Source of the DNA: Schmidtea polychroa
Taxonomy: Eukaryota
DNA: 64,000 bases
Assembly: GCA_044892525.1 (NCBI GenBank)
Contig: CM097886.1
Coordinates: 183,384,312-183,448,311 of the forward strand
Direction: 5' to 3'
Part shown: one piece after another, positions 1 to 13,886 of the stretch
Numbering within the stretch: position 1 is the stretch's first letter
Layout: each line of letters begins with the position of its first letter
Translations under genes and position numbers: made by a program
The notes under the pieces: generated by a model
Seen by the model: only the letters and a program-made list of their open reading frames with translations
Told to the model about the DNA's origin: nothing
Database searches by the model: none

Positions 1-1940
1 TAGGTATTAATTTGATTGATTATTTGAATAGTTTTCGGTTTTATTCTATTTTTACGCCACTGACCAGGAATATTTTCCTTTCAAAATGTCATAGGTGACT
101 ATTATATATTAGCATTTACTTTGTAGTTACCTTAATCATGTCGGAACAGGAACAAATTAATATTTTTCAGAAACCTTGACACTATAGCACGACAAAAGAT
201 GACTCAAAATATCTTGTTTATCATAAATTTTTTTTTGATCTTATACTGAAAATTTAACAATTCTTTAATCACAAAAAATTGTAGATCTTTAATTTCTCTA
301 TATTTTGAATTTAATTGGCAAAAATTTACCTCGTCGAAAAACTATAAATCTTTCTCGGGAGGTTCCTCAAAGAGATTCGTAAGAAGTACCATGTCCAAAA
401 ATGTTCTTCTAAATCTCTATTTTTACAATGTCAATATTTTTATGTAGGTCAACTCAAAAATTTATACATTTTTCGATTTTCAAGATTTTAACGAAAGTTC
501 AATATTATTATTGATTAGTTTGATTCAGTTGATGAATTTGATTCTCCAGGTAATTTTATGGAATAGACACCAGCGGAATATGGAATAAAACACAGCTTAT
601 GACATTTTATGTTTTTAAATGGCAACTTCAACACTATTTGTAATATATTATTTAAGGCATTTAATATGCTATGTAACCTTTCATATTACTGAGCAAATGG
701 ATCAAGATTGAAACAATTCAATTGTTTATTCATTGTAGTGATTGTAGCAAATGCAATTTGCAAATATATCATAATAATAATACATCATTTTTCATTTTCA
801 GCAATCATTGAACCGATTGTTCTATCAGATTTATCATAAGCACAATTATTTTATGGATCAGTGAACTTATTCTCTAGATTCTGTGAATATGGCAGCAATT
901 GAGCGGCTTGCTGAACTGTGCTAATCATATGACAATCGGTCTAATAGTTGCTGACAATGAAATGAGATGTATTATTATGATATTTTTGCAAATTGCGTTT
1001 GGTACAATGACTACAATGAATAAATAATTGAATTGTTTCATCAACCTGATCAACTGGACCCTGTGTTTGGATTGTTTGAATTGCTTGCCTGTGACATTAT
1101 CTTTTTTATTTGTGACAATTTGTGTGATTTTCTGTGTATAAAGTTTGTGATTGAATTGAATATTTATGCGCGTTCATTTGATTAATTTATTGTGGGTAAT
1201 GATTCCAATGGCTGTCTGTCCACAATTATATTTATTAAACCCGATATTATTCTAGCTTTTGTTTTACTATATTGAAATTTAGAATTAAACTTTTTGTAAC
1301 AATTAATTTATCAAAATTACAAATTTTATTTTTCAGTTTTTGCTATATTTTTATATTTTAATTTCAAGCTTTTACAGCAATTCCTGATAAATCTCTTAAA
1401 ACTTTTCAAAACTTAAACTTGTTTGAATAAGCTAAATTATATATAATTGTTTTATTGAACAATCGTGAGTTATTTTATAGTTTCCATATAATGATTTGTG
1501 GCTTCCTGGAAATGGTCTCATAGAAATCTGGATTCAACCAGATAAAGATTTTTTCATGCTGCCATCATAATTATTGTAAGGTTTTTCAATTGTTATTATT
1601 GTACAATATTATTTGAATATATGTTTAGGAATTGTGATGGAAGCCTTTATAATACGCGCGTGTATTATTACTAGTTATTGCATGTATACATATATTTGAC
1701 CTACTTTTTTAATAACTTTAAATATACATTCCAGCAGAAGACACAAGCCGTCATGATGATGCGAGTCTATGACCTGGAAAATATTTGAGTTGACCTACAT
1801 AATATAAGGCCAAAACAGCCTCAGCAGGGCGAGCGGTGGTGCTGTCATGATGGAGGCACATTTACTACTTATAGCAGCCTTTATTCATTGGCAACAGGTG
1901 TAATCATTGCAGATCCTGATTCTGAACCAATTAAATTATG

Positions 1941-2010
1941 GATCGCGTCTGTGTGCGCGTTGATTATTTGTTGGGATTGCCTTTTGAGTGCGCACACAGA
2001 CACGAGGCAA
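1941..2010. repeat. Fragment of a dispersed repeat (CGCGTCTGTGTGCGC ... GCGCACACAGAC hairpin) shared with the solo LTR at 28117-28897
   Basis: The same inverted-repeat pair occurs twice at 28135-28278. Confidence 0.6.
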
Positions 2011-2147
2011 TTTTTGTGTGTTGGTGCTGGCTATTTATTATTTGTGGGTTCTGGACGGACATTATTATTGGTTGTTTGGATGAACTAATTGGATCGCTTT
2101 TGAATATTGATATTTTGTTTGGTTCATAAAATTTGCTAATGGTCAGA

Positions 2148-2520
2148 AACGTACAAAGGTGGATTTGCCAGAGGTGCTTCATGAGCTGTGTTACTCTCAA
2201 TTGCTGGGCGCATTCTAAACATGAAGGTTTGACAGATTATTTGATGGCAATATGGAGAGGACGATATTACAGGTTTGTAACCACAGCGCAAAGGAGAATT
2301 TGTTCCAGATATTAAAGAATAAATGTGTTTCATTGCTCTTGTTGTTGAGCAAGCAATGCAGGCTACTGCTTTATCATCGCTTCCAGATGAGTTATGAACT
2401 ACCAGATGATCAATTTATAACCATTGGAAATGAAATATTAAGATGTCCAGCAGCTTTGTTACAGCCATCATTCTTGTGAATGGATATTGTTGGTATTCAG
2501 GAGGCAACTTATAACAGCAA
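2148..2520 (+). pseudogene. act: Actin pseudogene fragment
   Basis: Across frameshifts and stops it reads [68 protein letters not shown], matching actin [41 protein letters not shown]. Confidence 0.85.
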
Positions 2521-2792
2521 TAGATTTTCTGCAGGACTAATAAGATATTATTTGATCCTTCCGTAATGCTTCTAGATGTTCCCGTGGCATTGTAACCAAT
2601 GACAACAAATCAAACATTTCATCTGGCACTCAAAATATTTATTTCACAGAAATTATTTCTATTTTCTTTTAAAAATTAATTAAAATTTATAGTTAGATAA
2701 AGTTTTACATTAATACAAATATTAATATCGAAATAATAAAAGCAGATCGATTGCATGTTAATTTAAATTAAATCAATTAATTAATTAATCAA

Positions 2793-3575
2793 TTAACTAA
2801 TTAATAATTTACCATTTTCATTTCCGGAATATCGATTAAAAATCTGTAAATAATAGAAATATAAAATTCATATCAAATAAATTGTGACATTTCCTCACCT
2901 CAACAGATCTCACAACATCGGCACCCCGGTTTACCAGATGGGCACAAACATTTCTCATCCCCCTAATCACTGCACAGTGCAGACTAGTAAATCCCATCTA
3001 TAACTCACATAATTATTCAATCAATAATCAACAAATTTCACAAATCCAGCCTGATCAATATCAATTGATTGATCTATCAAATATTCACAACTGTCCTCCA
3101 ATCCACTTGCAATTGCCTCATGCAATGGAGTTTGCGAATACTAAATAATGCCAATATATCAATATTAATTACTCTATTGATTTACTTTGTTTTGTGTATT
3201 GGTAGCGATCTGGAATTGTTGCAATACTTTGATGCATTTCCTATGATGCAGCGAATGGGCCAAGGCCAATGCAGTCCCCATTGTCTACAAATATACTGAT
3301 TTGATCATTTCAATGAACACATACTTCATTATTTGCATTGATATCTACAATGTCCTGATTATCTAGTATAAATTTGGTCATATCGGCATCATTATCAGAT
3401 ATTGCTGTGTGTAATATGGTGAAATTGACCTTGATAATGAATGATTAATTATTGATTTTGCATTATTTTGATGCACCTTTTGTCGTGATTCCATCAGAAT
3501 CATTCGTTCTTGTATTTCTTCTTGTATTTCCATGAATCCTTTTTCCTTTGCTTTGTCAAAGGCCTTGATCCATAA
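2793..3575 (-). CDS. Ankyrin-repeat gene copy 1, 3' exons (about one repeat per exon, phase-0 introns)
   Basis: GT-AG bounded exons translate VNFTILHTAISDNDADMTKFILDNQDIVDINANNE / TMGTALALAHSLHHRKCIKVLQQF / YSQTPLHEAIASGLEDSCEYLIDQSIDID / MGFTSLHCAVIRGMRNVCAHLVNRGADV; putative stop at 2793-2795. Confidence 0.75.
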
Positions 3576-4913
3576 CTGAATGATGAAATCAATGCTGATT
3601 TAATCAATTTCATCTCAAATTAGTTAATAATAATAATAATAATAATAACAATAATAACATAAAACAGGTAAATGATAAGGTAAGCATTTGCTGCAAAATA
3701 TTTATTAAGTGAGAAAATTATTTATATAAAATAATTCAATTCGATCTTTCATAATTTTGCTTCAATGTTGAAATGCTTGCATGATTTCCTTTTAAAATTC
3801 ATTTCTGATTTTTATTTGTTAAAAATTGATTAATTAAAATTACTGAAATGTAAAGCATAAAATATTTACGTGTTGACATATTTGAAAATATGTCCTACCA
3901 GTCAACTCAGGAAATTATTCACTATAAAATAGCGCTTAAAAGATTTCAAATATCTCAACTGGTTCTAGAGTAACTGATGTAAGCGCTTAGGAACACTAAT
4001 CCCCTAGCCATGGGATATATTAGTCGCTATCATATTATTAATATATTATTATCATATCAGACTATTATCATATTATTAATTTTGATCCCAGAAAATATTT
4101 GTCGGAAACATTTTTTAAAATCTGTTTGTATGTATCCAATAGTAACAAATTGTTATTATTATTATTATAAGAACCTTTTTTACAAATTTCACCACTGATT
4201 TCCATTGACATTATATTTATTAAAAAGCTTGACTATGAATCAGTAAATATATCGATGTTTTTGATATTCACGAATTTTTGGCACTGCCTTTTTCAATTGA
4301 ATTATTATTATTAATATGATTTGATATAATGAAATACCAAAATTCAAAAATTTATTTTATCACAATTTTTAATTATTTAAACAAAATTAATATTTTGGTA
4401 AATGGTTTTGATTAATGCTTTTCTAATCACAACAATTCACCCCTTCTAATTTGATTGCTCTGCTGGTTTCAGACGATCAACTGATACATTCTTTAATACA
4501 TAGCTGGAAATATTTAGCTGAAAAACGGACCATTTTATGGAGCTTCTAATGATTTCCGTACATCTTTTCTCATGTACCTGAATTCGTAGTACTTAATAGA
4601 TGTATTGATCGACATACAATCTTGCAATGGTCTTTCGATTATTCTGAAACTCTCAATTATTTCTTTTAATTGATGTGTAGAAGCTTCTATTGGGGAATTA
4701 AACATAATTCCTGGTACAGCAAGATCACATTCAGCTACTTTTTGTGTCGGAAAAAAACATGCTGAATCCCAAATGTTCCTGGAAATGCATCTTCCGAAAA
4801 CTAAATATCCCCTGCATCATAATCACGCTTTATTCATTGTGTCACTTTTTGGAATTACCTATATTTGTAGTGGGTCGGTACCCGTTACATACTGATAGAT
4901 AATAAGCATAATA

Positions 4914-5975
4914 CGTAGAGTGGTCAATAAGTACTCGGACTAGATTGTAAAAGACACCAACACGAACGGTATATTATAATATAAGAATAACAAGGTCATG
5001 TAGGCTTTATTTTTCAATATAGGGCTCATTGTGGTTCACATGCCTCCTCCAGCAATGCAGCATTTTGATAGATTTCCCACTGAGAATGTTTCCCTATGCT
5101 TGAATAGATAAAAGTCACTGGACGCAAGATCGAGCAGTAAAAAGGGTAATCTAAGAAAATAAATCCATTTTTCTCAATCACAGCCATTGTTTCCGCATTT
5201 TTGTAGAATGATGCGTTGTCATAGGTACCATAGAGACAGACCCAGTGACTTTCAGCAATATCGCCCACAAAGGTGTTATATAAGTCATTATTAATTCACA
5301 GAAATATTTCAGAGAAATCCGAGCAGATTATGCATTTTTTATGAGATATAAATTGTCAACATCAATGATTTTCTAAGACATTCAGATCTCAAATTCCTGT
5401 AATTTGTTTCTCCATGGAATTTGTCACTGGCCTCTCTTTTGATTCGGGTTTTTGCACATTTCAGTGGTGTTAGGGACGAACCTGGATGGTAATTTGTCTA
5501 TACCAGAGTCATTCAGGATATCATACACACCTCCGGTACTTACAATTAACTGCTGCAACATTTCCTTGATAATGATTCGACGTTCTTCCTTCACAATTTG
5601 CAAATAATTCTTTCTTTTATGATCAGTAATTTCACAGGGAAGAACAATATTCTCATCATCAAGAAATGAAATGGCCATAGGGTTAGGGGTGTTAGTGAGG
5701 CATATATTGGCACAAATTGTCTGCAACTGATTACGTATTTGCTGGCTGTTACCGCCACGCAAAACAAAGAATTTAATCACATTTCAATATTCGACAGAAT
5801 ATATCATGATTTGACAAATAAATCGAAAATGAGCTCCCCACACTGCCATGCATGTGAACATTAAAACAAATTATATATTTGTATTCATAGATAATATATT
5901 ATGATTTCAATATAATATTGGTAAAGTTCTCATTATATTTATGGGGTAGTCCAGGTACTTATTGAACGCACGGAA
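4914..5975 (-). mobile_element. Degenerate mariner-type (Tc1/mariner) DNA transposon
   Basis: RRIIIKEMLQQLIVSTGGVYDIL..SRFVP resembles the HTH/WVPHEL region; YDNASF..YPFYCSILRP resembles HDNA..PPYSPDLAP; imperfect TIRs with core TCAATAAGTAC at both ends, each flanked by TA. Confidence 0.65.
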
Positions 5976-5992
5976 TATAAAAAATAAAGTAT

Positions 5993-6143
5993 NNNNNNNN
6001 NNNNNNNNNNNNNNNNNNNNNNNNNNNNNNNNNNNNNNNNNNNNNNNNNNNNNNNNNNNNNNNNNNNNNNNNNNNNNNNNNNNNNNNNNNNNNNNNNNNN
6101 NNNNNNNNNNNNNNNNNNNNNNNNNNNNNNNNNNNNNNNNNNN
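5993..6143. other. Assembly gap (N run)
   Basis: 151 N. Confidence 1.
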
Positions 6144-7027
6144 TATTATTATTATAACAATCACTAAATGATGGCATCGATTTAAATATAAATAAAACGA
6201 CAATCCAATATTAATAACTTTTTTTTAAAATTAAGAAATAATGAAATAACAAGTGATTATAAACGTAGAATTATTTATTGGTATATTTTGGATAGAAAAA
6301 TAGAAATCGTTAATTAATTGCATAATTATATCTTTCTTGAATGTTGCTTTTTAAATTGCGTCTTTCAGAAGCTAGAGATATTCGTTTGAATGAGAATGCA
6401 AATGCCTTTATTGCTCTATTGATGCTAAATGTGCTAACGTTCATTGGAACTATTTCATAAACTTTCGTTCGAATTGACTCTGATGTTATTGAAACATCCT
6501 CAAGAATAAAACCTCACGCAAATTTTTTTTCAGGCGTTAACAGTTTTCCTTCGTGGCTTTTCGTTGATTCAATCCTTCCACCTTTTTGTATACACGGATA
6601 ACACTCGCAACTGTTTGGTAATTTATATTTAATTAGTTTGAAATTTCTTTTATGCTTTAGCTGGGATATATTTATCGTAAATAAATTTGCTCATCGAATC
6701 TGACAGCTTCATACTTACAGAAATTTATATTCACCCTTAATATTTTGATTTTGACATCATTATTGAAAAAAAGATAAAAATGTAATAATAATAAATAATA
6801 ATAATAATAATTTTATATCAATAAATAATAATAAAATAACTTCAAATGTAACTTCAATAAATTCAAATAAATCAATAGTTATTCCATTTCCACAAAGTTT
6901 ATTAAATGAAATATTTCAACATAAAATCGATCGCCTTCACTCAAATGCGAAATTTAACAAATCGATCTGACGCATCATAAAATATTTATTTAAAATTCAT
7001 AAATAAACCAATCAAATATTTTCTCAC

Positions 7028-7735
7028 CGATTTGTCATAAACCGTTTTCTTCATGATCGATTCGACAAACAGATGATGGCCTTGATTGACAGCCAATTCC
7101 AGAAACGACAGCTCGCCCTAATCAATATCAATACAAATCCAAATAACTATTTGACCTTACGATTCTGAGCTGTCCATTGATAACGTGAGCAGAATTGAAT
7201 CTCTTGAACCCGCTCATGTGCCCGTGAGTGATGCAGCGATAAAGGATGCACTGAAATTTATTTATCGATTTATTCAAATAATCAGCTCACTTCTTTCATT
7301 AAATTTGCATTTTTGTCCATTTTTGCTGTCAGCAATTCAATTGCATTATTGATTTCCTATTGATGAGAATATTATTTATATCAATCAATAAATTAATCAA
7401 ACTTTATCATCAATCGGTTTTTCAAGGATTAATTTAATAATCTTATCAGCATTGGACTCGATTGCTCTCTCCAGCACAGTCAATCCAGTCTAAATATCAA
7501 TTATTAACCAATCAGAATATCACAAATTTACATAATTATTCTGCATTGTGAAATCAGAAGATTTGAGCAAATCACTAAATGCGATTGCATCATCCCGTTC
7601 AATGGCAGCAAATAACTGAAATATTTATTCTAATTGATTCATAATGAAATAATTCACTTTCTTCGCATTGGTCAATATTTCCACGCAATCAGCACGTTCA
7701 AATTGCTTTGCTAAAGCTAGCGGACTCTTTCCATC
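7028..7735 (-). CDS. Ankyrin-repeat gene copy 1, middle exons
   Basis: Short GT-AG exons: DGKSPLALAKQFERADCVEILTNAKK / LFAAIERDDAIAFSDLLKSSDF / TGLTVLERAIESNADKIIKLILEKP / GELSFLELAVNQGHHLFVESIM. Linkage to the other exon blocks was not fully threaded. Confidence 0.6.
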
Positions 7736-7910
7736 CTGAATAAATAATCCAATCAAAATATTCGAATTAGCAAATCATTTAAACATCCCCATTCACAAAC
7801 AGATCATTAAAGCCCTGTGGCAATAAATGTCACTTAAAACGCCACTCCAAAACCGCTTACAAAGTGTAAATACTCGTGAGATATCAAGCTAAAGAAATAT
7901 TGAGAAATGA

Positions 7911-8750
7911 CAGCGACCCTCCTGACAATGTAGAAGCTTATTCGTCCACAGAAATTGAGTGAATGTGAGAAATTTACAAAATAAAGGTGCGAATATTACA
8001 GTTGATGAGCAACTATTTCCAACTAAGCTCGATACAGATTTACGCAATATATGGCAAATGATCCTGATAAATTTGGTATCAAATTCTGGCTCGTATCAGA
8101 TGGCGAGGATAATGTATTATAAATGGATTTCCATATTTGGTAAATATGAGAAACGAAATTCATCATCAGCATTGAGTGAATTATTGTGCTGACACATATG
8201 GATCCATTTAATATGAAAGGAGGAACAGTAACGATTCACAATTTCTTTACGAGCTTACCACCATGCCTAGATACCATATAAGGGAACAGCAGCAGATAAC
8301 ATATCAATATTCTAGGCCTAGCTGCAATGAATGCCTCGATACCATATAAGGGAACAGCAGCAGATAATATATCAATATGCTAGGCCTAGCTGCAATGATA
8401 GCCTCGATACCATATAAGGGAACTGCAGCAGATAACATATCAATATGCTAGGCCTAGCTGCAATGAATGCCTCGATACCATATAAGGGGACAGCAGCAGA
8501 TAACATATCAATATGCTAGGCCTAGCTGCAATGAATGCCTCGATACCATATAAGGGAACCGCAACAGATAACATATCAATAAATGATTTCCTATTTCAGC
8601 TTGCAGGTGAATTTGCTGCTCAATACAAAAATCAGAAAGCGTATCACCAGTAAATATATCGACACCTTCAAATAGCCTCCATCTCACGCGTAAATGGCGT
8701 ATGATTGGATATTGCAATAATAATAACATCACAAATAATTATTTTCATTG
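7911..8750 (+). mobile_element. piggyBac (PGBD-like) transposase remnant, internally deleted
   Basis: NITVDEQLFPTK..RFTQYMANDPDKFGIKFWL..NGFPY, NFFTSL, DFLFQLAGEF and a degenerate C-terminal Cys region IGYCNNN..FHC. Confidence 0.8.
8265..8582 (+). repeat. 68-bp minisatellite, about 4.7 copies
   Basis: GATACCATA recurs at 8270, 8338, 8406, 8474, 8542; the unit contains the palindrome GCTAGGCCTAGC. Confidence 0.95.
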
Positions 8751-9287
8751 CTTTTAATGAATTATTTCCAGTTTAATAATGAATATTATATTATAATTAT
8801 ATTTATTTATTATTTGATAATATGCCAGCGTATGTAAGGCTACTTTATAGAGGTTATTTGCTAATCAATCGCATCTGCTTTCGGAGCAAGATATTATATT
8901 TGATGGCCCATTGAAGCCATTATGACTGTTGCTGGTAGCAATTGCTGTGATTGTTATTGGCCGTTCTAGTGTTAGTTATCTAAATTGATAAATTATTTGG
9001 CTGTTGACAATGCAATTTGCTGTAAAAGAGCAAGATCACATGATAATGCTGTCACATCGATATTGACCATATCGGACCAGCAGGGAGCTATTGTATTCTC
9101 ACCCCGCTAACGGTTCCATTGACACATCATTCTGTGATCTCTTGCCTCTCACTAGAGCTCTCTGAGGCAATTCTCAATGGTATTTCATTCATTGCTCCTT
9201 ATGCAATCCATTTCACATATTCAATTAACCAGATCGCAACTCACCAGATTTAATTGATATTTCATTATATTAAATGTAAATGTTTAC

Positions 9288-9678
9288 TTTTGTTAGGCAA
9301 CCAATTCGGCATTTCCGCTGCAGCAATAATTTCAATATTTCTGAATGCCCTCGCCAGATTGCATAATGAATTGCTCTGTATCCCTGCAATTTATCAATTA
9401 ATTATTTATTTGCAATGATTATTTACCCCTTTGCTCTCAGATTCCATATCGCAGTTGCTGTCAAGCAATAACCTGACAATATCAACAAATCCATCACGGC
9501 AAGCAATGTGAATGGGCAACCAGCCCTGAAATCAGAAACATTAACCCAATAATTCACATTGCCAATCAATCTCACATAATTATTATCAACAATCCTATGC
9601 ATAAATTCTCCCCTCAAATTATCCCTGACGCCCTCCACGTTTCCCCTCATTAAGTGCTTCTTGAAACATTGAAAATCC
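9288..9678 (-). CDS. Ankyrin-repeat gene copy 1, upstream exons
   Basis: Exons GWLPIHIACRDGFVDIVRLLLDSNCDMESESKG and GYRAIHYAIWRGHSEILKLLLQRKCRIGCLTK are textbook ankyrin repeats, bounded by AG/GT. Confidence 0.75.
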
Positions 9679-10429
9679 CTGCAATGCAAATTATCCAATG
9701 CAAATCACAATCAATATTTCACCCCATCTTGATATTTCCTTTCTGTTTTATCTATTATTTAAGTTCAAAATCAATAAATCTAGCTTCCTAAAATCCAAAT
9801 AGAAATCAATTAAATAGCAGCCAATCAATTCTCAAGGCCAAATAATAAATTTGAAACGATAAAACAAATCAATTGCAATCAATAATAAATGTAATATATA
9901 TAATGGAATTGTCAGTCTTGTTAAAATTGATATTCGAGTAATTTCCAATTATAATTTGCAAGCATTACACAAATGCCTAAATATTATTTTAAATGCTCAA
10001 TTTTATCCACTCAAATCCTCATGCTAATAAATAACAATATTAATAACAATTTTATACAAATCATTTAATTGCTTTATAATTGCTGATATTTCATAACATC
10101 ACATATAATTGTTACATAAAATGAATTAATTAATTAATTAAATAATGAATCAAATAGAAATTATATTAATAAATACAAAGTTGAAACATAAAAAATTAAA
10201 CATTTGAATAATTATAAAAGCCAACATAATTATATAAACAAATATACAAAAATATTATAATGGTAATATAATTGAAAGCATATTAACGCAAAACAAATAT
10301 ATTTCACTAAAACTGGAAATAATAATGCTTAAATTAAATCAGCAAATATTTAACAAAAAATATCATAATATTCTAGAAATTTAAATATTTTAATTTCAAA
10401 TATATAATAATTAGTAAGAAGGAAAACTA

Positions 10430-12860
10430 CTTACAAAATTATTAAAAGTTCGTTTAAAATTAATGGTTTTTTGAATTTGACTTTGGAATTTGATTTACTG
10501 TTAACCTCTTAAGTGGTAATTGATAACATTTTTGTGAACATAATTTTTCAAAGTTTCTCTATGTCTCAATTCGAATTTCGAGTATCAGTTTCCATCATTA
10601 TTTACAATCTTCTTTCTTCCAAACGTGTATTGTTGGTTTCTGTATTATGCCGAAATTCCGAGCATTTTGAATGCTGCAGAATATTATTATTTTTTCTTCA
10701 TGATTCATTAGTGGTGAACACTTCAGATCTATTGTAGGACAAGGATATTTTAATCGGTTCTTCCTTATAAGTTTCATTCATTAAATTGCTTCAAGTTACA
10801 ATCAATAATATTTCGCATTGGTACTTATTCTAAGGATCCATAAAAACTCGAGGTTTCGAGCTTATATGATATCGCTGGAGTAATTACAAGATATAATTCT
10901 GCCTTCAATTAGGCTCATTTATAATTATTTATCTGACAATTCCACTCATATTTCATTAATCATTTTGCCAATCATGACAGAAAATAGCTATTTTAGCTCC
11001 TCGGTTTATAAAGAATTGATTAGTTATCTGCCTAAGATCAAAGATTGAACCATAACTAATATAGAAATTGTTGGGTCGCTTAGGGGTGTGTCATTTTATT
11101 GCTAAAATGTTTTAGGGGTATTATATGTAAGGAATTGACTCCTTTCTAAACGCCTTAATGACTATTGTACTTTAGTCCATCTGCGTACCCATGTCGACGA
11201 CCATGTTGGTGCTGTACGCAATGGTTGAAAATCAATTAGCAGGTGAGCTCTATTGCTAAAATTACTTATTATTTTATTTTCTTTTCAGGTTCTGGATTAC
11301 CGAAAAAAAGTCTTACGTCATTATTCAGTATCTGTCCTATTGTTAGATTATTGTCATGTCTTCATTTAACTGTGGTCTTCATTGCTAGACGTTTTCAAGT
11401 GTTATCTTCCTTGAAATTTTTTGATATCATAAGGGGATCCACCTTTATTTTTCTGTTAATATATGTTGCTTTGTGTTTCCTGCAATATTTGTGAATATTT
11501 AAGTTATCCTTTAAAATAAATTTGAGCAGGGACTCTCAGTTGTTCCTCATATATTAGTATGGGCTTTTCACCTACTACTGCAAAGATGTAGTATAAATTT
11601 ATTATAATACCCTGTTAAACCAAAAAATCCTTGTACTTGTAATGTTTTTGGGACTGGAAACTTTTTCACATCTTCAATTTTATCTGGGTTTCTAAAATAT
11701 AACGCTGAGGGCTCCGCCCATTTACATTTAGTTGATTTAATCTTTATATTTGTCTTTCTTAGTCGCTGTAATACGTTTGTAATGTCTTTTAAATGTTCCT
11801 AAAATGTTTTTGATGATATTAATATGTCGTCCATGTATACTGCACAATGATGTACATCTACTAATATTGTATTCATTAAACGCTGGAAGGTTGATGGTAC
11901 ATCGGTTAACCCAAAAGGTAATCTTGTATACTCATATAAGCTGTCTTCAATTGCAAAAGCTGTTTTTTCCGCATTCCCCTCTTCCATGTAGATTTACATG
12001 TAACCTTTATTTGCATCAATGACTGAAAAATATTTAGAGTCTCTTAATTTATCAAATTGTTCTTGTGCTTTTGGAAATGGGTATGAGTCTTTTACTGTTA
12101 CGTCATTTAGTTTATGATAGTCAAAGTACTATTGGTAGTGCCCATTGTGAAAAACTTTGTTTAATTACGCCTGCCTGTTTTAGTTCTTTAATTTGTCGTT
12201 TTATTTCATCCTTCAATTTATAAGGTATTCCATAGGGTCTTTGTTTTATGGGTCTAGCATTATTTGTATCTATCACATGTTTAATGATGTCTGTATCTCC
12301 CAAATTAAATTCCTGTTTAGCAAAATCATCGTTATATTCATCAATTAAGGTTTGTAATTGTGATTGTTGATTTTCATTTAGATATTTATTCTCAATTTTT
12401 ACTTTATCGTAGAATTTTATGTGATCTGGTTTACCAAGTTCGACAACGTTTTCACTCGTATTCTCCGTTATTGATATCTCACTTATTTCAATAATTTGTT
12501 CTGCTTTTCCTTTAAATAGCTTTCATAGTTTTGTACCTTTATGTATTTTTATATTATTATTTTCATAATTTGCAAATCGTATCAGGATTATTCCGTTTTT
12601 TGGAGTTACACACTCGTCTATCAGCATACATTGTGATTTTTTGTGATTGCCGTATCATGCTCAAAAATAAAAGTGTCCTCACTTTTGACATTAACTTTTA
12701 CAGGAACTATATGATCGCATTTGTATTCTAGCTCAAAACCTTCTAAAACGATTACCTCTGAAAATTTTGCGTTACCGTGGTTTGCTTTCCTTTTAACTGT
12801 ACGCCAATCAAACATTCTTGTCACTATATATTTCGACAGTTTTCCTCTCATCATCAGGTG
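10430..12860 (-). mobile_element. Degenerate Ty3/Gypsy pol remnant
   Basis: IKHVIDTNNARPIKQRPY, KTAF..YEYTRLPFGL..STFQRLMN..VYMDDILI, FPVPKT..GFFGLTGYY, HGRRHGYADGL; many stops and frameshifts. Confidence 0.85.
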
Positions 12861-13886
12861 GGATATAATAACTATGTAAATTAAGGATTTTAAACAAATC
12901 TATTGATTATATAAAACTTAATATAAAAACTTTTATTTAATAAAAACATTTAATTATTTTTAAAATTTTAGCATTCAGAATTTAATTTAATAATTTAGAA
13001 AATGTTATTAATTATTTAATTGAACAAACAGCAATCAATACATACAATATACAAGAAATGATTATTTAAAAATGTATTATTAATTATTATTATTATTACA
13101 AATATTCACTGCATTCGGCTCATTAATTATCTGATTCAATGGCTTTATCAGCAACGCCTCACAAATCACGCGTTCCCAATAATTATCGCAATTGTAATCA
13201 AGGAGAATGTTGGAATTAGAGAAGATAAGGAGAACATTCTTGGATAGAAAACTATTAAATTGGATTTACTTTGATTCTTTATTATCAAAAATTATAAAAA
13301 TCCGGAATGAAATTTTATTGTCCCCGCTGATAACTCAATAAATCGTGACAAGGGGGACTTTGACCCCCCCCTCTTCATAATCCCGTTCCAATGCAACCGA
13401 ATTTAATCAATTTAACCGAAGTATTAAATCGCATTCATTTATTATCAATAATTATTATCAATATACATTTTTAGTAAATAGCTTAATTTACATATGAATT
13501 TAAACTTTGTGAAATAAATAATATTTTATAAACAAACTTTATTTAAATAAATTAAAATAATGAAATCAGTATTTAAAGTCAGTTATGTACAAATAGAAAC
13601 AAAAATATCATAATTATTTGTCCTATTATTAATGAATATAACCACCTATAATTATTAACATCAACATGAATAATCATCAATTTTAAAAGGAATTTCCTTT
13701 ACCTTGAATTTATATAGCATTTTGCATCTATTGGCATGACCTTTGCGTTTAATAATAGTAATATTCCACCTTATAATATTATTAATTTTTCAATTAAGAG
13801 ATTTTTCATTTATTTTCACTTATAATTTAATTCTACTTTTAGTCATGACGACCTATAATAGATATAACTGCAATGAAAGTTTAAAT

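Noticed and set aside
500-1250. Slightly GC-richer stretch that might hold more short exons
   Set aside because: I could not build a consistent frame or recognise a motif
4480-4850. Possible Gypsy integrase tail on the minus strand (RKDVRKSLEAP*NGPF)
   Set aside because: One short motif, too degraded to support boundaries
6410-6620. Possible Tc1-like HTH fragment (also near 32210-32420)
   Set aside because: Only a vague resemblance, with no catalytic motif or TIR
8265-8582. CRISPR-like appearance of the palindrome-containing 68-bp repeats
   Set aside because: Units are head-to-tail without unique spacers, the context is eukaryotic, and the unit derives from piggyBac
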